Assembly (NCBI GenBank): GCA_049287005.1
Contig: JBAQEZ010000003.1
Coordinates: 265,745-329,744 of the forward strand
Length of the DNA: 64,000 nucleotides
DNA from: Candidatus Moraniibacteriota bacterium
Lineage (GTDB): Bacteria > Patescibacteriota > Minisyncoccia > Moranbacterales > UBA1568
Direction of reading: 5' to 3'
In this document: one piece after another, positions 9,815 through 19,539 of the stretch
How the letters are laid out: every line of letters starts with the position of its first letter
Numbering within the stretch: position 1 is the stretch's first letter
Made by a program: the position numbers and the translations under genes
Notes under the pieces: generated by a model
The model's database searches: none
Told to the model about the DNA's origin: nothing
Seen by the model: only the letters and a program-made list of their open reading frames with translations

Positions 9815-10000
9815 CTGTGAGTATTTTGATAGAATAAGGCTGGGGGGCGCAAAATGAACTGCTTCACTTTGTGCGAGCGTTTCCGTGAGACGTCTCGGCT
9901 CATGGATTAAAAACGCTCTGGAACTTGTAGTCGGAGTCCGATTCTCCGCGCCCCGACAATGAAGATAAAGTAAACTTTTTTTGGTAGCTTATCTGATAAA

Positions 10001-10033
10001 AAAAAGAACCCCGCTTGAGGCGGGGTTTGTTTG
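10001..10033. terminator. Bidirectional rho-independent terminator
   Basis: The hairpin CCCCGC-ttga-GCGGGG is flanked by an A-run upstream and TTTGTTTG downstream. It can terminate the tRNA transcript on the plus strand and rpmB on the minus strand. Confidence 0.5.
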
Positions 10034-10048
10034 TAATCAAGTCTTTCT

Positions 10049-10225
10049 TTACGCTGTGGCCTTGGCGAGCGTGCGCAGAGCGCGAGTAGAAACACGCAGC
10101 TTCATGCCGCCGATGCGCTTGGTCTGCAGGTTGATCTTGAATTTGCGACGGGTAGCGATGTTGGAATGGCTGCGGGCATTGCCTGAGGCTGTTCCTCGTC
10201 CGGTGAGTTGGCACATTCGACTCAT
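10049..10225 (-). CDS. rpmB: 50S ribosomal protein L28 (58 aa; too short for the ORF track)
   Basis: The minus-strand translation [58 protein letters not shown] matches the L28 consensus (MSR.C..TGK....GN..SHA.N.T.R.F.PNL). Confidence 0.8.
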   Translation of the reverse strand: MSRMCQLTGRGTASGNARSHSNIATRRKFKINLQTKRIGGMKLRVSTRALRTLAKATA

Positions 10226-10330
10226 ACTGGTGTTCTTGAGATATTACTGAGAGTAAGGTATCATACGTTCATGCTTTTGGCAATAGTCGCCAAAACGCTC
10301 AGAAGCTAATGAAGCTAAAAGCTCGTTATT

Positions 10331-11053
10331 ATGGCAAGTGAAATAGTCCTCATCGGGTTTTATCTGCTGACGCTGGTGTATTCCGTGATGATTCACGAAG
10401 TGGCGCACGGCATGATGGCTCTCTATCTGGGGGATATGACGGCGAAATATGCCGATCGCTTGAATCTCAATCCGCTCAAGCACATCGATCCCTTCGGTTC
10501 GGTGATTCTACCGGTGCTCTTGTTCATCAGCACGGGCTTTGCTTTTGGCTGGGCGAAACCCGTTCCCTATAACCCGTACAATCTCCGCAACCAGAAATGG
10601 GGACCAACGCTGGTGGCGCTGGCCGGACCGGGGATGAACCTGCTTCTGGCTCTTTCAGCTGCTCTCGTCGCGAAGACTCTACCGCTTATTCAGCCCGTTA
10701 AAATAGATATTCTGAATCGTTTCTATGAGGTGATCGGTGGCAATGGAAATTTTCTTGACCGTTTTGCTCTTTTGGTAGAGGCGCTCTCGGGGTCATTGCC
10801 AGGCATCTTTTATGGATTGTTGCTCCTCGTGATTTTTTGGAATGTCGTTTTGGCTTGTTTCAATCTTTTGCCCGTACCGCCTTTGGACGGCTCAAAATTA
10901 CTCTATGCGCTGGTGCCGCTGCGCGAACGAACCGTTTTTCTTTTGGAGCAATATGGGCTTTTCTTGCTCATTTTCGTTATCTTCTTCTTCTCTACGCCCA
11001 TCAGTATTTTCATCGGTTCTGTGCTGAGAATCTTTTTCGATATTACTCGCTAG
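10331..11053 (+). CDS. site-2 protease family (M50) zinc metalloprotease
   Basis: HEVAHG is an HExxH motif in a TM helix, and NLLPVPPLDG is the M50 signature. The protein is polytopic. Confidence 0.75.
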   Translation: MASEIVLIGFYLLTLVYSVMIHEVAHGMMALYLGDMTAKYADRLNLNPLKHIDPFGSVILPVLLFISTGFAFGWAKPVPYNPYNLRNQKWGPTLVALAGPGMNLLLALSAALVAKTLPLIQPVKIDILNRFYEVIGGNGNFLDRFALLVEALSGSLPGIFYGLLLLVIFWNVVLACFNLLPVPPLDGSKLLYALVPLRERTVFLLEQYGLFLLIFVIFFFSTPISIFIGSVLRIFFDITR

Positions 11054-11190
11054 GAAACGGAATACAGATCATAGCGGGTCGGGGTTGACAAGTATAAAGC
11101 TTTTCGATACTATAGACAGTACGAAAAGCCAGAGGCTTTTTTGTTTATCTTCCGTTTAATTTATATTTGGATATTTAATTTTTCACTCCT

Positions 11191-11607
11191 GTGGCCACGA
11201 TCAACCAGCTCATAAAACATCCCCGCACCTCCGCTTCCAAGAAGTCGAAGTCTCCTGCGATGACGTATTCCATCAACAGCGTCAAAAACCGAAACACATT
11301 TCATGACAGTCCGTTCAAGCGCGGTGTCTGTATCAAGGTATCTACCACGACTCCCAAGAAACCGAACTCGGCTCTCCGGAAAATCGCCCGTGTGCGTTTG
11401 ACGAACGGTATGGAAGTTACTGCCTATATCCCGGGCGAAGGGCACAACCTTCAGGAACATTCCATTGTGATGATTCGCGGTGGTCGCGTGAAGGATCTGC
11501 CAGGGGTGCGGTATCACATCGTGCGCGGTATTTTCGATGCCGCCGGAGTGAATCGCAAGCAGAGCCGATCGAAATACGGCGCCAAGAAGGAAAAGAAAAA
11601 AGACTAA
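11191..11607 (+). CDS. rpsL: 30S ribosomal protein S12 (GTG start)
   Basis: ATINQLIK...[10 protein letters not shown]...[17 protein letters not shown]. Confidence 0.95.
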   Translation: MATINQLIKHPRTSASKKSKSPAMTYSINSVKNRNTFHDSPFKRGVCIKVSTTTPKKPNSALRKIARVRLTNGMEVTAYIPGEGHNLQEHSIVMIRGGRVKDLPGVRYHIVRGIFDAAGVNRKQSRSKYGAKKEKKKD

Positions 11608-11608
11608 T

Positions 11609-11706
11609 TTTAGCTTGTAGCTTCTCTAGCTGCTTAGCTTCTTAGGGAAGAGGTTTGCGTAAGAGAAAGCTAATGAAGCTAAAAAGCTAATAAGCTAATG
11701 AAGCTG
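11609..11706. repeat. 'AAGCTAA'-family intergenic element: an inverted block plus a direct block that can form an imperfect long hairpin
   Basis: TTAGCTTGTAGCTTCtctAGCTgcTTAGCTTCTTAG (11609-11646) faces AAGCTAATGAAGCTAAAAAGCTAATAAGCTAATGAAGCTG (11667-11706). Confidence 0.55.
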
Positions 11707-11713
11707 TTGAGAT

Positions 11714-12181
11714 ATGCCACGAAGAAAACGACAATTTACACGCGAATGGAAACCGGATGCTTTGTATAGCAATCCGCTGGTTGGTCATTTCGTGGGTATG
11801 ATTATGTGGAATGGCAAGAAAAGCGTGGCTGAGAAAATCATCTACGATTCTTTTGATATTATTCACGAGCGTACCAAGAAGGGCGGATTGAATACTTTCG
11901 AACAAGCGATCAAGAACGTCTCGCCGCTTTTGCAATTGAAATCTCGGCGCGTCGGTGGTGCCAACTATCAGGTGCCGGTTCCGGTTTCCGGCGAACGCCG
12001 TCAGGTGCTCGCTATGCGCTGGATCCGTGATGCCTGCCGCAAGCGCAAGGGCAAGGGTATGGCGGAAAAACTGGCCGATGAGCTCTTGGATGCTTCGAAC
12101 AAAATTGGTACGGCCATGAAAAAGCGTGATGAAACACACCGTATGGCTGAAGCCAACAAGGCTTTCGCACATTTTGCCTAG
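11714..12181 (+). CDS. rpsG: 30S ribosomal protein S7
   Basis: MPRRKRQFTREWKPDALYSNPLV... Confidence 0.95.
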   Translation: MPRRKRQFTREWKPDALYSNPLVGHFVGMIMWNGKKSVAEKIIYDSFDIIHERTKKGGLNTFEQAIKNVSPLLQLKSRRVGGANYQVPVPVSGERRQVLAMRWIRDACRKRKGKGMAEKLADELLDASNKIGTAMKKRDETHRMAEANKAFAHFA

Positions 12182-12205
12182 CGGGTGATGTATGATTTAA
12201 GAATA

Positions 12206-12236
12206 AAAGATCGCTTGGCGATCTTTATCTTTCTCA
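12206..12236 (+). terminator. Terminator-like hairpin directly after rpsG, inside the str operon
   Basis: AAAGATCGC-ttgg-GCGATCTTT followed by ATCTTTCTC. Confidence 0.4.
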
Positions 12237-12268
12237 GAATCTTTGGTTTTCACCAAAAAAATAGTTTT

Positions 12269-12547
12269 ATGGCACATAAGACGGCTGAAGAATTGAAGTG
12301 TGCTTTACAAAAAGCAAGGGAAAGAGTGCTGGTGAGGAGACAGTACTTTCATTACAAGCATCCGGAGTTGTTCTATACGATTGTCGATTTAGTGATTATT
12401 GAAGAAACGGATGGTGTAGGGGTGCTGTATCGGGCTGATTATGAATCGTTGAAAGGGATTGGTTTTCTCAGACCGATCGAGAGCTTCTTGGATGAGGTAG
12501 AGATTGCAGGGGAAAAAATGAAGCGGTTTTCGTTAGTAGAAATTTGA
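12269..12547 (+). CDS. hypothetical protein (92 aa) inserted between rpsG and fusA
   Basis: A clean ORF from the ATG at 12269, placed after the hairpin. No family was recognised. Its GC looks lower than its neighbours. The ORF track extends it to 12185. Confidence 0.4.
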   Translation: MAHKTAEELKCALQKARERVLVRRQYFHYKHPELFYTIVDLVIIEETDGVGVLYRADYESLKGIGFLRPIESFLDEVEIAGEKMKRFSLVEI

Positions 12548-12589
12548 AGGCATTATTCATAAATCTAAAATCTTAAATCTAGCATTCTT

Positions 12590-14695
12590 ATGGCCCGAAA
12601 AACCCCGATTGAAAAATATCGTAATATCGGCATCATCGCCCATATCGACGCCGGCAAGACGACGACGACTGAGCGTATTTTGTTCTATACGGGTATCACG
12701 CACAAGATCGGCGAAGTGCATGAGGGAGCGGCTACGATGGACTGGATGGAACAGGAGCAAGAGCGCGGCATTACCATCACTTCCGCTGCGACGACCTGTT
12801 TTTGGAAGGGACATCATATCAATATCATCGATACGCCGGGACACGTGGATTTCACCGTCGAGGTAGAGCGTTCACTGCGCGTACTTGATGGCGGTGTTGT
12901 GGTGTTCGATGGCAAAGAAGGCGTCGAACCACAATCTGAAACCGTGTGGCGTCAAGCCGAGAAATACAACGTGCCTCGCATGTGTTTTATCAACAAAATC
13001 GACAAAGAAGGAGCTGTCTTTGAAGAAGCTCTCGATTCTATTGTGAACCGCCTCACTCCACACGCTGTCGCTATTCAATACCCGATGGGACTTCGCGGTG
13101 ATTTTTTTGGTTTGGTTGATTTGATGACAATGAAGTCCTTTACATTCGAAGGAGAAATGGGAGAAAAAGTAATTGAAGCGGAAATCCCAGCTGAATATCA
13201 GGACAAAGCCAAAGAATGGCGTGAAAAAATGGTAGAGAAAATTTCCGAGACAGACGATGCTTTGACTGAGAAGTATTTAAATGGTGAAGAAATTTCTGTA
13301 ACAGAATTGAAGGCCGCTCTTCGTAGAGCAACTATCAGTGTGAAACTTCACCCAGTCCTTATTGGAACAGCTCTTCGAAATAAGGGTGTGCAGCTTATGC
13401 TCGATGCTGTCGTTGATTATCTCCCATCGCCGATTGATATTCCTCCAGTCGCTTGTATCGATATGAAGACGGACAAAGAGGTGGTACGAGAAACGAGAGA
13501 TGATGAAAAATTCTCGGCGCTGGCTTTCAAGATCGCAACTGATCCGTTCGTCGGACAACTGACATTTTTCCGCGTGTATTCTGGTACCGTGAAAGCCGGA
13601 TCCTATGTGCTCAACTCCAGCAAGAATGAAAAAGAACGTATCGGACGCATTCTCCGTATGCACGCCAATCATCGCGAAGAAATTGAAGAGTTGACAGCGG
13701 GAGATATCGGAGCGCTGGTCGGCATGAAAGCGACTACCACCGGCAATACTCTCTGTGACCTGGATTTTCCAGTGATTCTCGAATCCATCACTTTTCCGGA
13801 ACCGGTTATCGATATTTCTATCGAGCCGAAGACGAAAGTCGATCAAGAGAAGATGGGTGTGGCCTTGAAGAAACTTCTGGAAGAAGATCCGACGTTCCGG
13901 GTGCATACCGACGAAGAAACCGGTCAGACAATCATGTCTGGTATGGGTGAACTCCATCTCGATATTCTTGTCGATCGGATGAAGCGCGAATTCAAGGTAG
14001 AAGTGAATGTCGGTCGTCCGCAGGTAGCCTACCGCGAAACGATTCGTGACAAAGCCGAGTCGGAAGGAAAATATATCCGTCAGTCAGGCGGTCGCGGACA
14101 GTACGGCCATTGTTGGCTGCGTGTCGAACCTCAGGAAGAGCCGGGTATGGGGTATGAGTTTTTGAACGAAGTGAAGGGCGGTGCTATTCCCCAGGAATTC
14201 ATCAAGCCGATCGACAAAGGTGTGCAGGAAGCGATGTTGACCGGCGTGTTGGCAGGCTATCCGATGGTGGATATCAAAGCGACTGTCTATGACGGCTCCT
14301 ATCATGATGTCGACTCGTCCGAAGCGGCTTTCCGTATTGCTGGTTCCATGGCGTTCAAAGAGGCCTGTCGCAAGGCGCGGCCGGTTCTTCTCGAACCGAT
14401 TATGAAAGTAGTTGTTATCACACCGGAGCAGTTTATGGGTGATATCGTAGGGGATATTTCTGCCAAGCGCGGAGTGATCAAAGAAATGAACGCTCGTGGC
14501 GAAGGAACATCCGCAGTGAAAGAAATCCATGCCGAAGTGCCGCTGTCTTCGATGTTCGGCTATGCCACCCAGATGCGTTCCATGTCCCAGGGCCGTGCCA
14601 ACTATTCGATGGAATTTGGTCATTATGCCGAAGTCCCGAACAATGTGGCAACGGAAATTATCGGTTCCCGCACCCCGACAGGGGAGGCGAAGTAG
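12590..14695 (+). CDS. fusA: elongation factor G
   Basis: [19 protein letters not shown] is the G1 motif. It is EF-G over all 701 aa. Confidence 0.97.
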   Translation: MARKTPIEKYRNIGIIAHIDAGKTTTTERILFYTGITHKIGEVHEGAATMDWMEQEQERGITITSAATTCFWKGHHINIIDTPGHVDFTVEVERSLRVLDGGVVVFDGKEGVEPQSETVWRQAEKYNVPRMCFINKIDKEGAVFEEALDSIVNRLTPHAVAIQYPMGLRGDFFGLVDLMTMKSFTFEGEMGEKVIEAEIPAEYQDKAKEWREKMVEKISETDDALTEKYLNGEEISVTELKAALRRATISVKLHPVLIGTALRNKGVQLMLDAVVDYLPSPIDIPPVACIDMKTDKEVVRETRDDEKFSALAFKIATDPFVGQLTFFRVYSGTVKAGSYVLNSSKNEKERIGRILRMHANHREEIEELTAGDIGALVGMKATTTGNTLCDLDFPVILESITFPEPVIDISIEPKTKVDQEKMGVALKKLLEEDPTFRVHTDEETGQTIMSGMGELHLDILVDRMKREFKVEVNVGRPQVAYRETIRDKAESEGKYIRQSGGRGQYGHCWLRVEPQEEPGMGYEFLNEVKGGAIPQEFIKPIDKGVQEAMLTGVLAGYPMVDIKATVYDGSYHDVDSSEAAFRIAGSMAFKEACRKARPVLLEPIMKVVVITPEQFMGDIVGDISAKRGVIKEMNARGEGTSAVKEIHAEVPLSSMFGYATQMRSMSQGRANYSMEFGHYAEVPNNVATEIIGSRTPTGEAK

Positions 14696-14739
14696 GGCGG
14701 AAACTACGAATGAGGAGCCGGGAATTATGCATTATGGCA

Positions 14740-14764
14740 ACCAGCCGCTGTGGCTGGTTTTATT
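14740..14764 (+). terminator. Rho-independent terminator after fusA
   Basis: CCAGCC-gctgt-GGCTGG followed by TTTTATTG. Confidence 0.6.
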
Positions 14765-14840
14765 GTGTTTGTTAAAAAATACTTTAGATAAGCCAGGAGA
14801 GGTTGTGATTTTGCCCGGATTGTGCTATAAATGAAGCATG

Positions 14841-14868
14841 CTGAATCTGTATTCAGGTGTTTTTATTT
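14841..14868 (+). terminator. Second terminator-like hairpin
   Basis: CTGAAT-ctgt-ATTCAG followed by GTGTTTTTATTT. Confidence 0.4.
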
Positions 14869-15096
14869 CCTCTCTCGCATGTATGGTATTGGGCACTGGC
14901 ATTTTCAGGAAAACAAAATTGGCAACTCAGATAAGAAAACTCCGAGCGTAAGTTTGGGGTTTTTATGAATGGGAAAAAATAAAGGAAAACAAGATGGAAA
15001 CGAATGAGGAAAAGTTTTATCAAGAAGATTTTCTAAGGATCAAGAAGATGTATTTTCTAAAATATTTGCAGCATAAAGGCAAATTTTAGCGGGATT

Positions 15097-15741
15097 ATGA
15101 TACGAATAATCAGCGGGGGTAAAAAAATTGTTTGTTCATGCACGGAAGTCGGCATCGCGATGGTGCAAATCGCGACATACATTGCTTTTTCTAGAATTTT
15201 ACGTTATTTTTTTCGGGCTGATCGCAAAGTATCCCGGACGATAAGCCAGCTCAGAAGGGGGTCGCTGATCATTTCTAATCACCAATCGATCTTGGACCCC
15301 TTCATTATTTTGGCGCATTTGCCGACTCGCTCATTCCTCAAAGCGGTGCCTATTCGTTTCCCGGTGACTCACAGCTATTATAAATATCTGCGGTTTTTGG
15401 CTTTATTTGGAGCCTACGATATCGGTGCAGACAAAAGGGAACGGATGCTGGGATTGTTTTATACCCGAGATTTATTAAAATCAGGGGAAAGCGTCATGAT
15501 TTTTCCTGAAGGCAGGATTTGTGCGGCCGGAGAGATGCTGGATTTCCAAAATGGAATCAAATTTCTTACGGATGTCTCTGCTAATGTGGTTTTTGTCAAA
15601 ATGGAAGGATTTTATCAAAAAGACTGGCTGAAATTCCAAATGTTGCGCGGAGTTATTTTCAGCGAAGTCCGATATTTTAATGGAGAACAGGAAGACCCGG
15701 AAAATATCCGGGTGTTGATGAAAAAATTATCAGCTCATTGA
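15097..15741 (+). CDS. PlsC/LPLAT-family acyltransferase (lysophospholipid acyltransferase-like)
   Basis: NHQSILD is the H-x4-D acyltransferase motif and FPEGR is the second PlsC motif. The N-terminus is hydrophobic. Confidence 0.7.
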   Translation: MIRIISGGKKIVCSCTEVGIAMVQIATYIAFSRILRYFFRADRKVSRTISQLRRGSLIISNHQSILDPFIILAHLPTRSFLKAVPIRFPVTHSYYKYLRFLALFGAYDIGADKRERMLGLFYTRDLLKSGESVMIFPEGRICAAGEMLDFQNGIKFLTDVSANVVFVKMEGFYQKDWLKFQMLRGVIFSEVRYFNGEQEDPENIRVLMKKLSAH

Positions 15742-16400
15742 TAGCTAGTATGCACATAGCTATCGCTCAGTCAAAAAATATAAGTCCCAGCTATTTTTCC
15801 AAGTCTGAATTGGATGAATTGGAAAAATTGGCGGATTATAGAAAGGCAGACTGGTTGGCCAGTCGTTTGGCTGTCAAAAAAGCTCTTCGAAGATTTTTTT
15901 CGGAAAACCAAAAAAAAATTGTATTGAATGAGATACGTATAATCAGTCGGAAATCTTCCCGACCATCTTTCGAAGTCAAAGGAAAGAAATATCTAAACAT
16001 CGCTATCAGTTTGGCACATAGCAATGGCATCGGAGTAGGTGCTGTCAGCGAGACAGAATTAATCGGTGTGGATGTCGAAAATATCAGGAAATTTTCCGAA
16101 GAGTTTAAAGCAGGTTTCCTCACCGAAAAGGAGCTCAGGTGGTTCAAGAAAGTGAAAAAGGCTGAGAATGACAGAATAGCGACACTCTTCTGGTGTATCA
16201 AAGAAGCCTACCTGAAGGCGCTCGGCAGGGGGCTTAAAAAACACCCTCGGGAATTGGAAATACGGTCGAAAAATGGTAGTATGAGGTATATTTCTATTCA
16301 AGATAAAGGAATTCTGACCAATGCAACGGTTTCTTGGTCAATAAGCGATGGATATGCTGTGGCGGCCGTAATCATTCATAATGATGAGAGCGATGAATAA
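15738..16400 (+). CDS. 4'-phosphopantetheinyl transferase (Sfp/EntD-type)
   Basis: IGVDVENI matches the G-x-D-x-E motif and WCIKEAYLKALG matches the W/F-x3-KE-A-x2-KA motif. It overlaps the upstream stop. Possible starts are the TTG at 15738 or the ATG at 15750. Confidence 0.7.
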   Translation: MIASMHIAIAQSKNISPSYFSKSELDELEKLADYRKADWLASRLAVKKALRRFFSENQKKIVLNEIRIISRKSSRPSFEVKGKKYLNIAISLAHSNGIGVGAVSETELIGVDVENIRKFSEEFKAGFLTEKELRWFKKVKKAENDRIATLFWCIKEAYLKALGRGLKKHPRELEIRSKNGSMRYISIQDKGILTNATVSWSISDGYAVAAVIIHNDESDE

Positions 16401-16668
16401 GAAAATTTTTGAAATCGTGAAGGGCGTGATTTTCGAAACCTTGCAAGTCGATACCGAAGGAGTGAGTCTGGAAGACAAGATAGAGGATATTTGCCAGGAC
16501 TCCATCCAGATTTTCAGCCTGGTGATGAATTTTGAAAAAAAATTCAACTATAGGATCAATTACGGCGACTTGATAAAAATAGAAACGGTCGGCGATATCG
16601 TCGATCTGGTTGTTCAGTTGGAGGAAAAGGGGGAGATTTCATCTGAGGAGACCAATTTTAAAGGATAA
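16393..16668 (+). CDS. acyl/peptidyl carrier protein
   Basis: About 90 aa and acidic. DSIQIFSLVMNFEKKF fits the D-S-(L/I) phosphopantetheine attachment site at the start of helix 2. Its start overlaps the PPTase stop. Confidence 0.65.
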   Translation: MNKKIFEIVKGVIFETLQVDTEGVSLEDKIEDICQDSIQIFSLVMNFEKKFNYRINYGDLIKIETVGDIVDLVVQLEEKGEISSEETNFKG

Positions 16669-16672
16669 TTAA

Positions 16673-17440
16673 ATGGACATATTGAAAGTAATACTGGTTT
16701 TTTCTCTGATATGCATCCTATCGTTTGCGGTCTTTTTTGTGATTCCATCGGGATTTTTCAAAAACTTTTCGTTTAAGTGGCATTACTATGCCTACTCTTT
16801 CTCTGGGACTCCGGAGAAGATGGACGCGCTGAATAAGGAGAGTATCGATACTTCGCGAACAACCGGAAAGCCGATAACGATCGTGATTCATGGAGCGGAG
16901 ACAACATACTATAAGGATGTGTACGGCACCGTGGTTTGGTTTAAAGAAAATGGAGTAAACGTGGTTTCTTTCGATTATGATTTTAAAGCCGCGCCGGATG
17001 TATCCGCACGAAAATTAAGCGATTTTGTCGATGAAACATTGAAAGAAACCGGCACCAGAAAAGTCAATATCATGGGCACCTGCCTGGGGGGCATACTTGC
17101 AAAGTACTATGCGGAAAATTTCGGAGGGGCGGAGCATATCGATAAGTTGATTACGGTCATTTCTCCGGCCAGACCGATTCCCGAGACTGCGATCGCCTAC
17201 CAGTATGATACATTATTCTCTTTCGATCCGGCGTCATGGAATCAGGTTCTGGCAGGGCTGCAGGATAAGAACCCCGTCAAGGATCATATGTATTTCTACT
17301 GCAAGAATGACATTACGGTGCCGGCAAAGTATCAATTTTCGAGCGTGGGAAATTTTATCGGGTTAGAATGCGAGCACTCTTTCAATAACGTGAATCCGGA
17401 AGTGCTCGAGCCAGCATTGGATTTCATCAATACTCATTAA
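16673..17440 (+). CDS. lipase_2 (LipA)-like alpha/beta hydrolase with Cys in the nucleophile position
   Basis: An N-terminal TM/signal segment is followed by ITIVIHGAE...VNIMGTCLGG. That is the lipase class-2 layout, with G-T-C-L-G in place of G-x-S-x-G. Confidence 0.5.
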   Translation: MDILKVILVFSLICILSFAVFFVIPSGFFKNFSFKWHYYAYSFSGTPEKMDALNKESIDTSRTTGKPITIVIHGAETTYYKDVYGTVVWFKENGVNVVSFDYDFKAAPDVSARKLSDFVDETLKETGTRKVNIMGTCLGGILAKYYAENFGGAEHIDKLITVISPARPIPETAIAYQYDTLFSFDPASWNQVLAGLQDKNPVKDHMYFYCKNDITVPAKYQFSSVGNFIGLECEHSFNNVNPEVLEPALDFINTH

Positions 17441-17459
17441 AATATTATTACACATCAGA

Positions 17460-18200
17460 ATGGAAAGGATACTGGAAAAAGACGAATATACTTCTCCGGT
17501 CAGCGCCGAAGCCTATAGCGATATGGTCGACAAGTACAAATCGATGGTCCATGGCGGATTTGTCGAGCGCATATTGGAACGCGCCGACGATGGGTCAAAA
17601 ATTCTGGATGTCTGCACCGGCCCCGGACAGGTGCCGATCGAATTGGTTGAGAGGGGTGATTTCGAGATTACCGGCCTGGATGTTTCGCGAGAAATGCTGA
17701 ACGTAGCGGAAAGGAACGCTGCGGCCCGGAATGTGAAAGAGAAAATACGTTTTGTTCGGGGGAGTGTCGAACAGAATGATCTGCCAAAAAACTCTTTTGA
17801 TATCGTGGCTTGCTTCAACGCCATGCATCATTTCGAAGACCCTATTTTTCTGTGGCAGAAATTGAGAGCGCTCACGAAGCCGGGAGGAAGCATTTTTCTT
17901 GAGGATCTCGTCCGTCCGTCAGGGTGGCTTATCCCTCTCTATGTCATCGTATTCGGAGGGTTCGACCGGGAAGTTAGGAAACAATATCGCGATTCTTTAT
18001 TGGCGGCTTTATCGAGAAAAGAATGGATGAATCTTTTCGCTTCCGTGAAAAAGAACGACCCAGCGATCCTGAAGACGCATTTCTTGACGCATATGAGCAT
18101 CGTCATGACCGGTTCGAGCAATGCGGTCAAAAAAAATGTGGAAATAGGCTTGGGTGGAAATTTCTTTATCAGGGCCATCAGGGAGATTTTCTACAAATAA
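17460..18200 (+). CDS. class I SAM-dependent methyltransferase
   Basis: ILDVCTGPGQVPIEL is motif I, there is an acidic residue after beta-2, and FNAMHHFEDP is the motif IV region. Confidence 0.7.
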   Translation: MERILEKDEYTSPVSAEAYSDMVDKYKSMVHGGFVERILERADDGSKILDVCTGPGQVPIELVERGDFEITGLDVSREMLNVAERNAAARNVKEKIRFVRGSVEQNDLPKNSFDIVACFNAMHHFEDPIFLWQKLRALTKPGGSIFLEDLVRPSGWLIPLYVIVFGGFDREVRKQYRDSLLAALSRKEWMNLFASVKKNDPAILKTHFLTHMSIVMTGSSNAVKKNVEIGLGGNFFIRAIREIFYK

Positions 18201-18228
18201 CGGGTATTGACACGATTTTACCGGCACT
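18196..18228 (+). promoter_or_regulatory. Shared upstream motif, copy 1 (AAATAACGGGTATTGACACGATTTTACCGGCACT), in front of the exporter genes
   Basis: Near-identical to the reverse complement of 26868-26900, which lies upstream of the ThiF-like gene. It contains TTGACA. Confidence 0.45.
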
Positions 18229-18311
18229 GCGCTTGGGGCCGAAAGGTTGCTTTCGTTTCGCTCGCTTCGTTTGGTAATAAAAATCAGGTTTCAGTTAATG
18301 CTCGTGGTTTT

Positions 18312-19517
18312 ATGAATCATTATGTCAGTCGTTTGAAGATTCTGCTTTCTTTCGCTTTGCGGGATGTCTCCAAGAGCCGGATTATTTTGGTTTTTACCAT
18401 TATGAGCCTGAGTGCCGCGTTCACGGCTGTTTTTGTTTCGGCCGGAGTTTTGGATGGTTTTCAGGCCATGTTGGAGAGAGGATCGATCGATACGGGAGGG
18501 GAGCTGACTATAAAGGCGAAAACCGGGAATGGGGGCATCGAAAATATCGATGATGTGACACGGATTCTGGGTGCTGAAAAAAATATAGCAGGGTATAGTG
18601 TCAGAAGCTATGGCGGCCTGAAAGCAAAAATGGATGGCAAGTATAAGGGGCATGGGTATGCTGCTATCGGTGTCGATCCGATGCAGGAACGGGAGGCGAC
18701 GCAGATACCGGATCGGGTGATTGCCGGCCGTTACCTGCTTCCGGGAGATACGCGCAGCGTGGTGGTCGGTATAACTATGGCGGATTCGCTCAAAGGATTG
18801 CTCTATGACAATCAGGAGGTTCATGTCGGAGATAAGATCAGATTCATCGGACCGTCGAATAATAAGGGCAGAGACTATACTATAGTGGGAATTGCCAGTA
18901 CTAAATATTTTCATCCCGATTGGAGCACCTATTTTCCTAAAAAGGAAATCGAATGGCTGGACAATACGCGTGAGGATAGCGAAATCATCGTGAAACTGAA
19001 AGATCCCGCGCAAATGGATGAAACGAAAAAAAAGTTGCAGCGCTTGTTGCCGTATGCTGAAGTTTTCAATTGGAAGGAAAGAGAAGGCTATATTTTCAAT
19101 ATAGTGACCATGGTCAATTTCATTACCAGTACGATCAGCAATCTGCTTATCATTACCACGTTTGTCATCATGAGCGTGATCATTTTCATCAACGTGCACC
19201 AGCGTCGGCGGCAGATCGCCATCCTCAAGTCCATGGGCGCCAGCAGCCGGTTCGTCGTGGCCATCTATGTCGTACAGACTTTGACGTACTCGCTGTTCTC
19301 ATTCGCGCTGGCTTATCTGACATTTCTTCTGATGCATAGTTTTTCCCTGAACCATCCGATACCGATGCAGATCGGAGATTTTCATACGGTCGTAGTGGAT
19401 AAAAGCATGGCGCAGATGTTCGGGATACTCTTCCTTGCTTCTCTCGTGGGGAGTCTTTTTCCTTCGTATATGGCCGCACGAACCCGTATCGTCGATGTTT
19501 TGCGAAATACGGTTTAG
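18312..19517 (+). CDS. ABC transporter permease, FtsX/MacB-like
   Basis: An N-terminal TM helix, a large extracytoplasmic domain and a C-terminal FtsX 3-TM domain with ILKSMGASSRFVVAIYV. The ATG at 18312 is chosen by homology to the paralog start MSHYLSRL. Confidence 0.8.
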   Translation: MNHYVSRLKILLSFALRDVSKSRIILVFTIMSLSAAFTAVFVSAGVLDGFQAMLERGSIDTGGELTIKAKTGNGGIENIDDVTRILGAEKNIAGYSVRSYGGLKAKMDGKYKGHGYAAIGVDPMQEREATQIPDRVIAGRYLLPGDTRSVVVGITMADSLKGLLYDNQEVHVGDKIRFIGPSNNKGRDYTIVGIASTKYFHPDWSTYFPKKEIEWLDNTREDSEIIVKLKDPAQMDETKKKLQRLLPYAEVFNWKEREGYIFNIVTMVNFITSTISNLLIITTFVIMSVIIFINVHQRRRQIAILKSMGASSRFVVAIYVVQTLTYSLFSFALAYLTFLLMHSFSLNHPIPMQIGDFHTVVVDKSMAQMFGILFLASLVGSLFPSYMAARTRIVDVLRNTV

Positions 19518-19539
19518 AAAAAAATAACAGTTGGTTCTT

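Noticed and set aside
9844-9955. Possible 4.5S/SRP RNA: right length, GC-clamped termini
   Set aside because: The conserved helix-8 core (GGAA tetraloop immediately followed by GGAAGCAGCC) is absent on both strands. Only a distant GTGAAGCAG on the reverse strand with the wrong spacing was found. It is kept only as an unassigned structured element.
9981-10250. Plus-strand 89-aa ORF in the tRNA/rpmB spacer
   Set aside because: The real gene here is rpmB on the minus strand (10049-10225), a 58-aa protein below the ORF-track cutoff. The plus-strand ORF is its shadow.
14529-14834. ORF overlapping the fusA 3' end and terminator
   Set aside because: It is out of frame with fusA, runs through the two terminator hairpins, and has Cys/Arg-rich nonsense composition.
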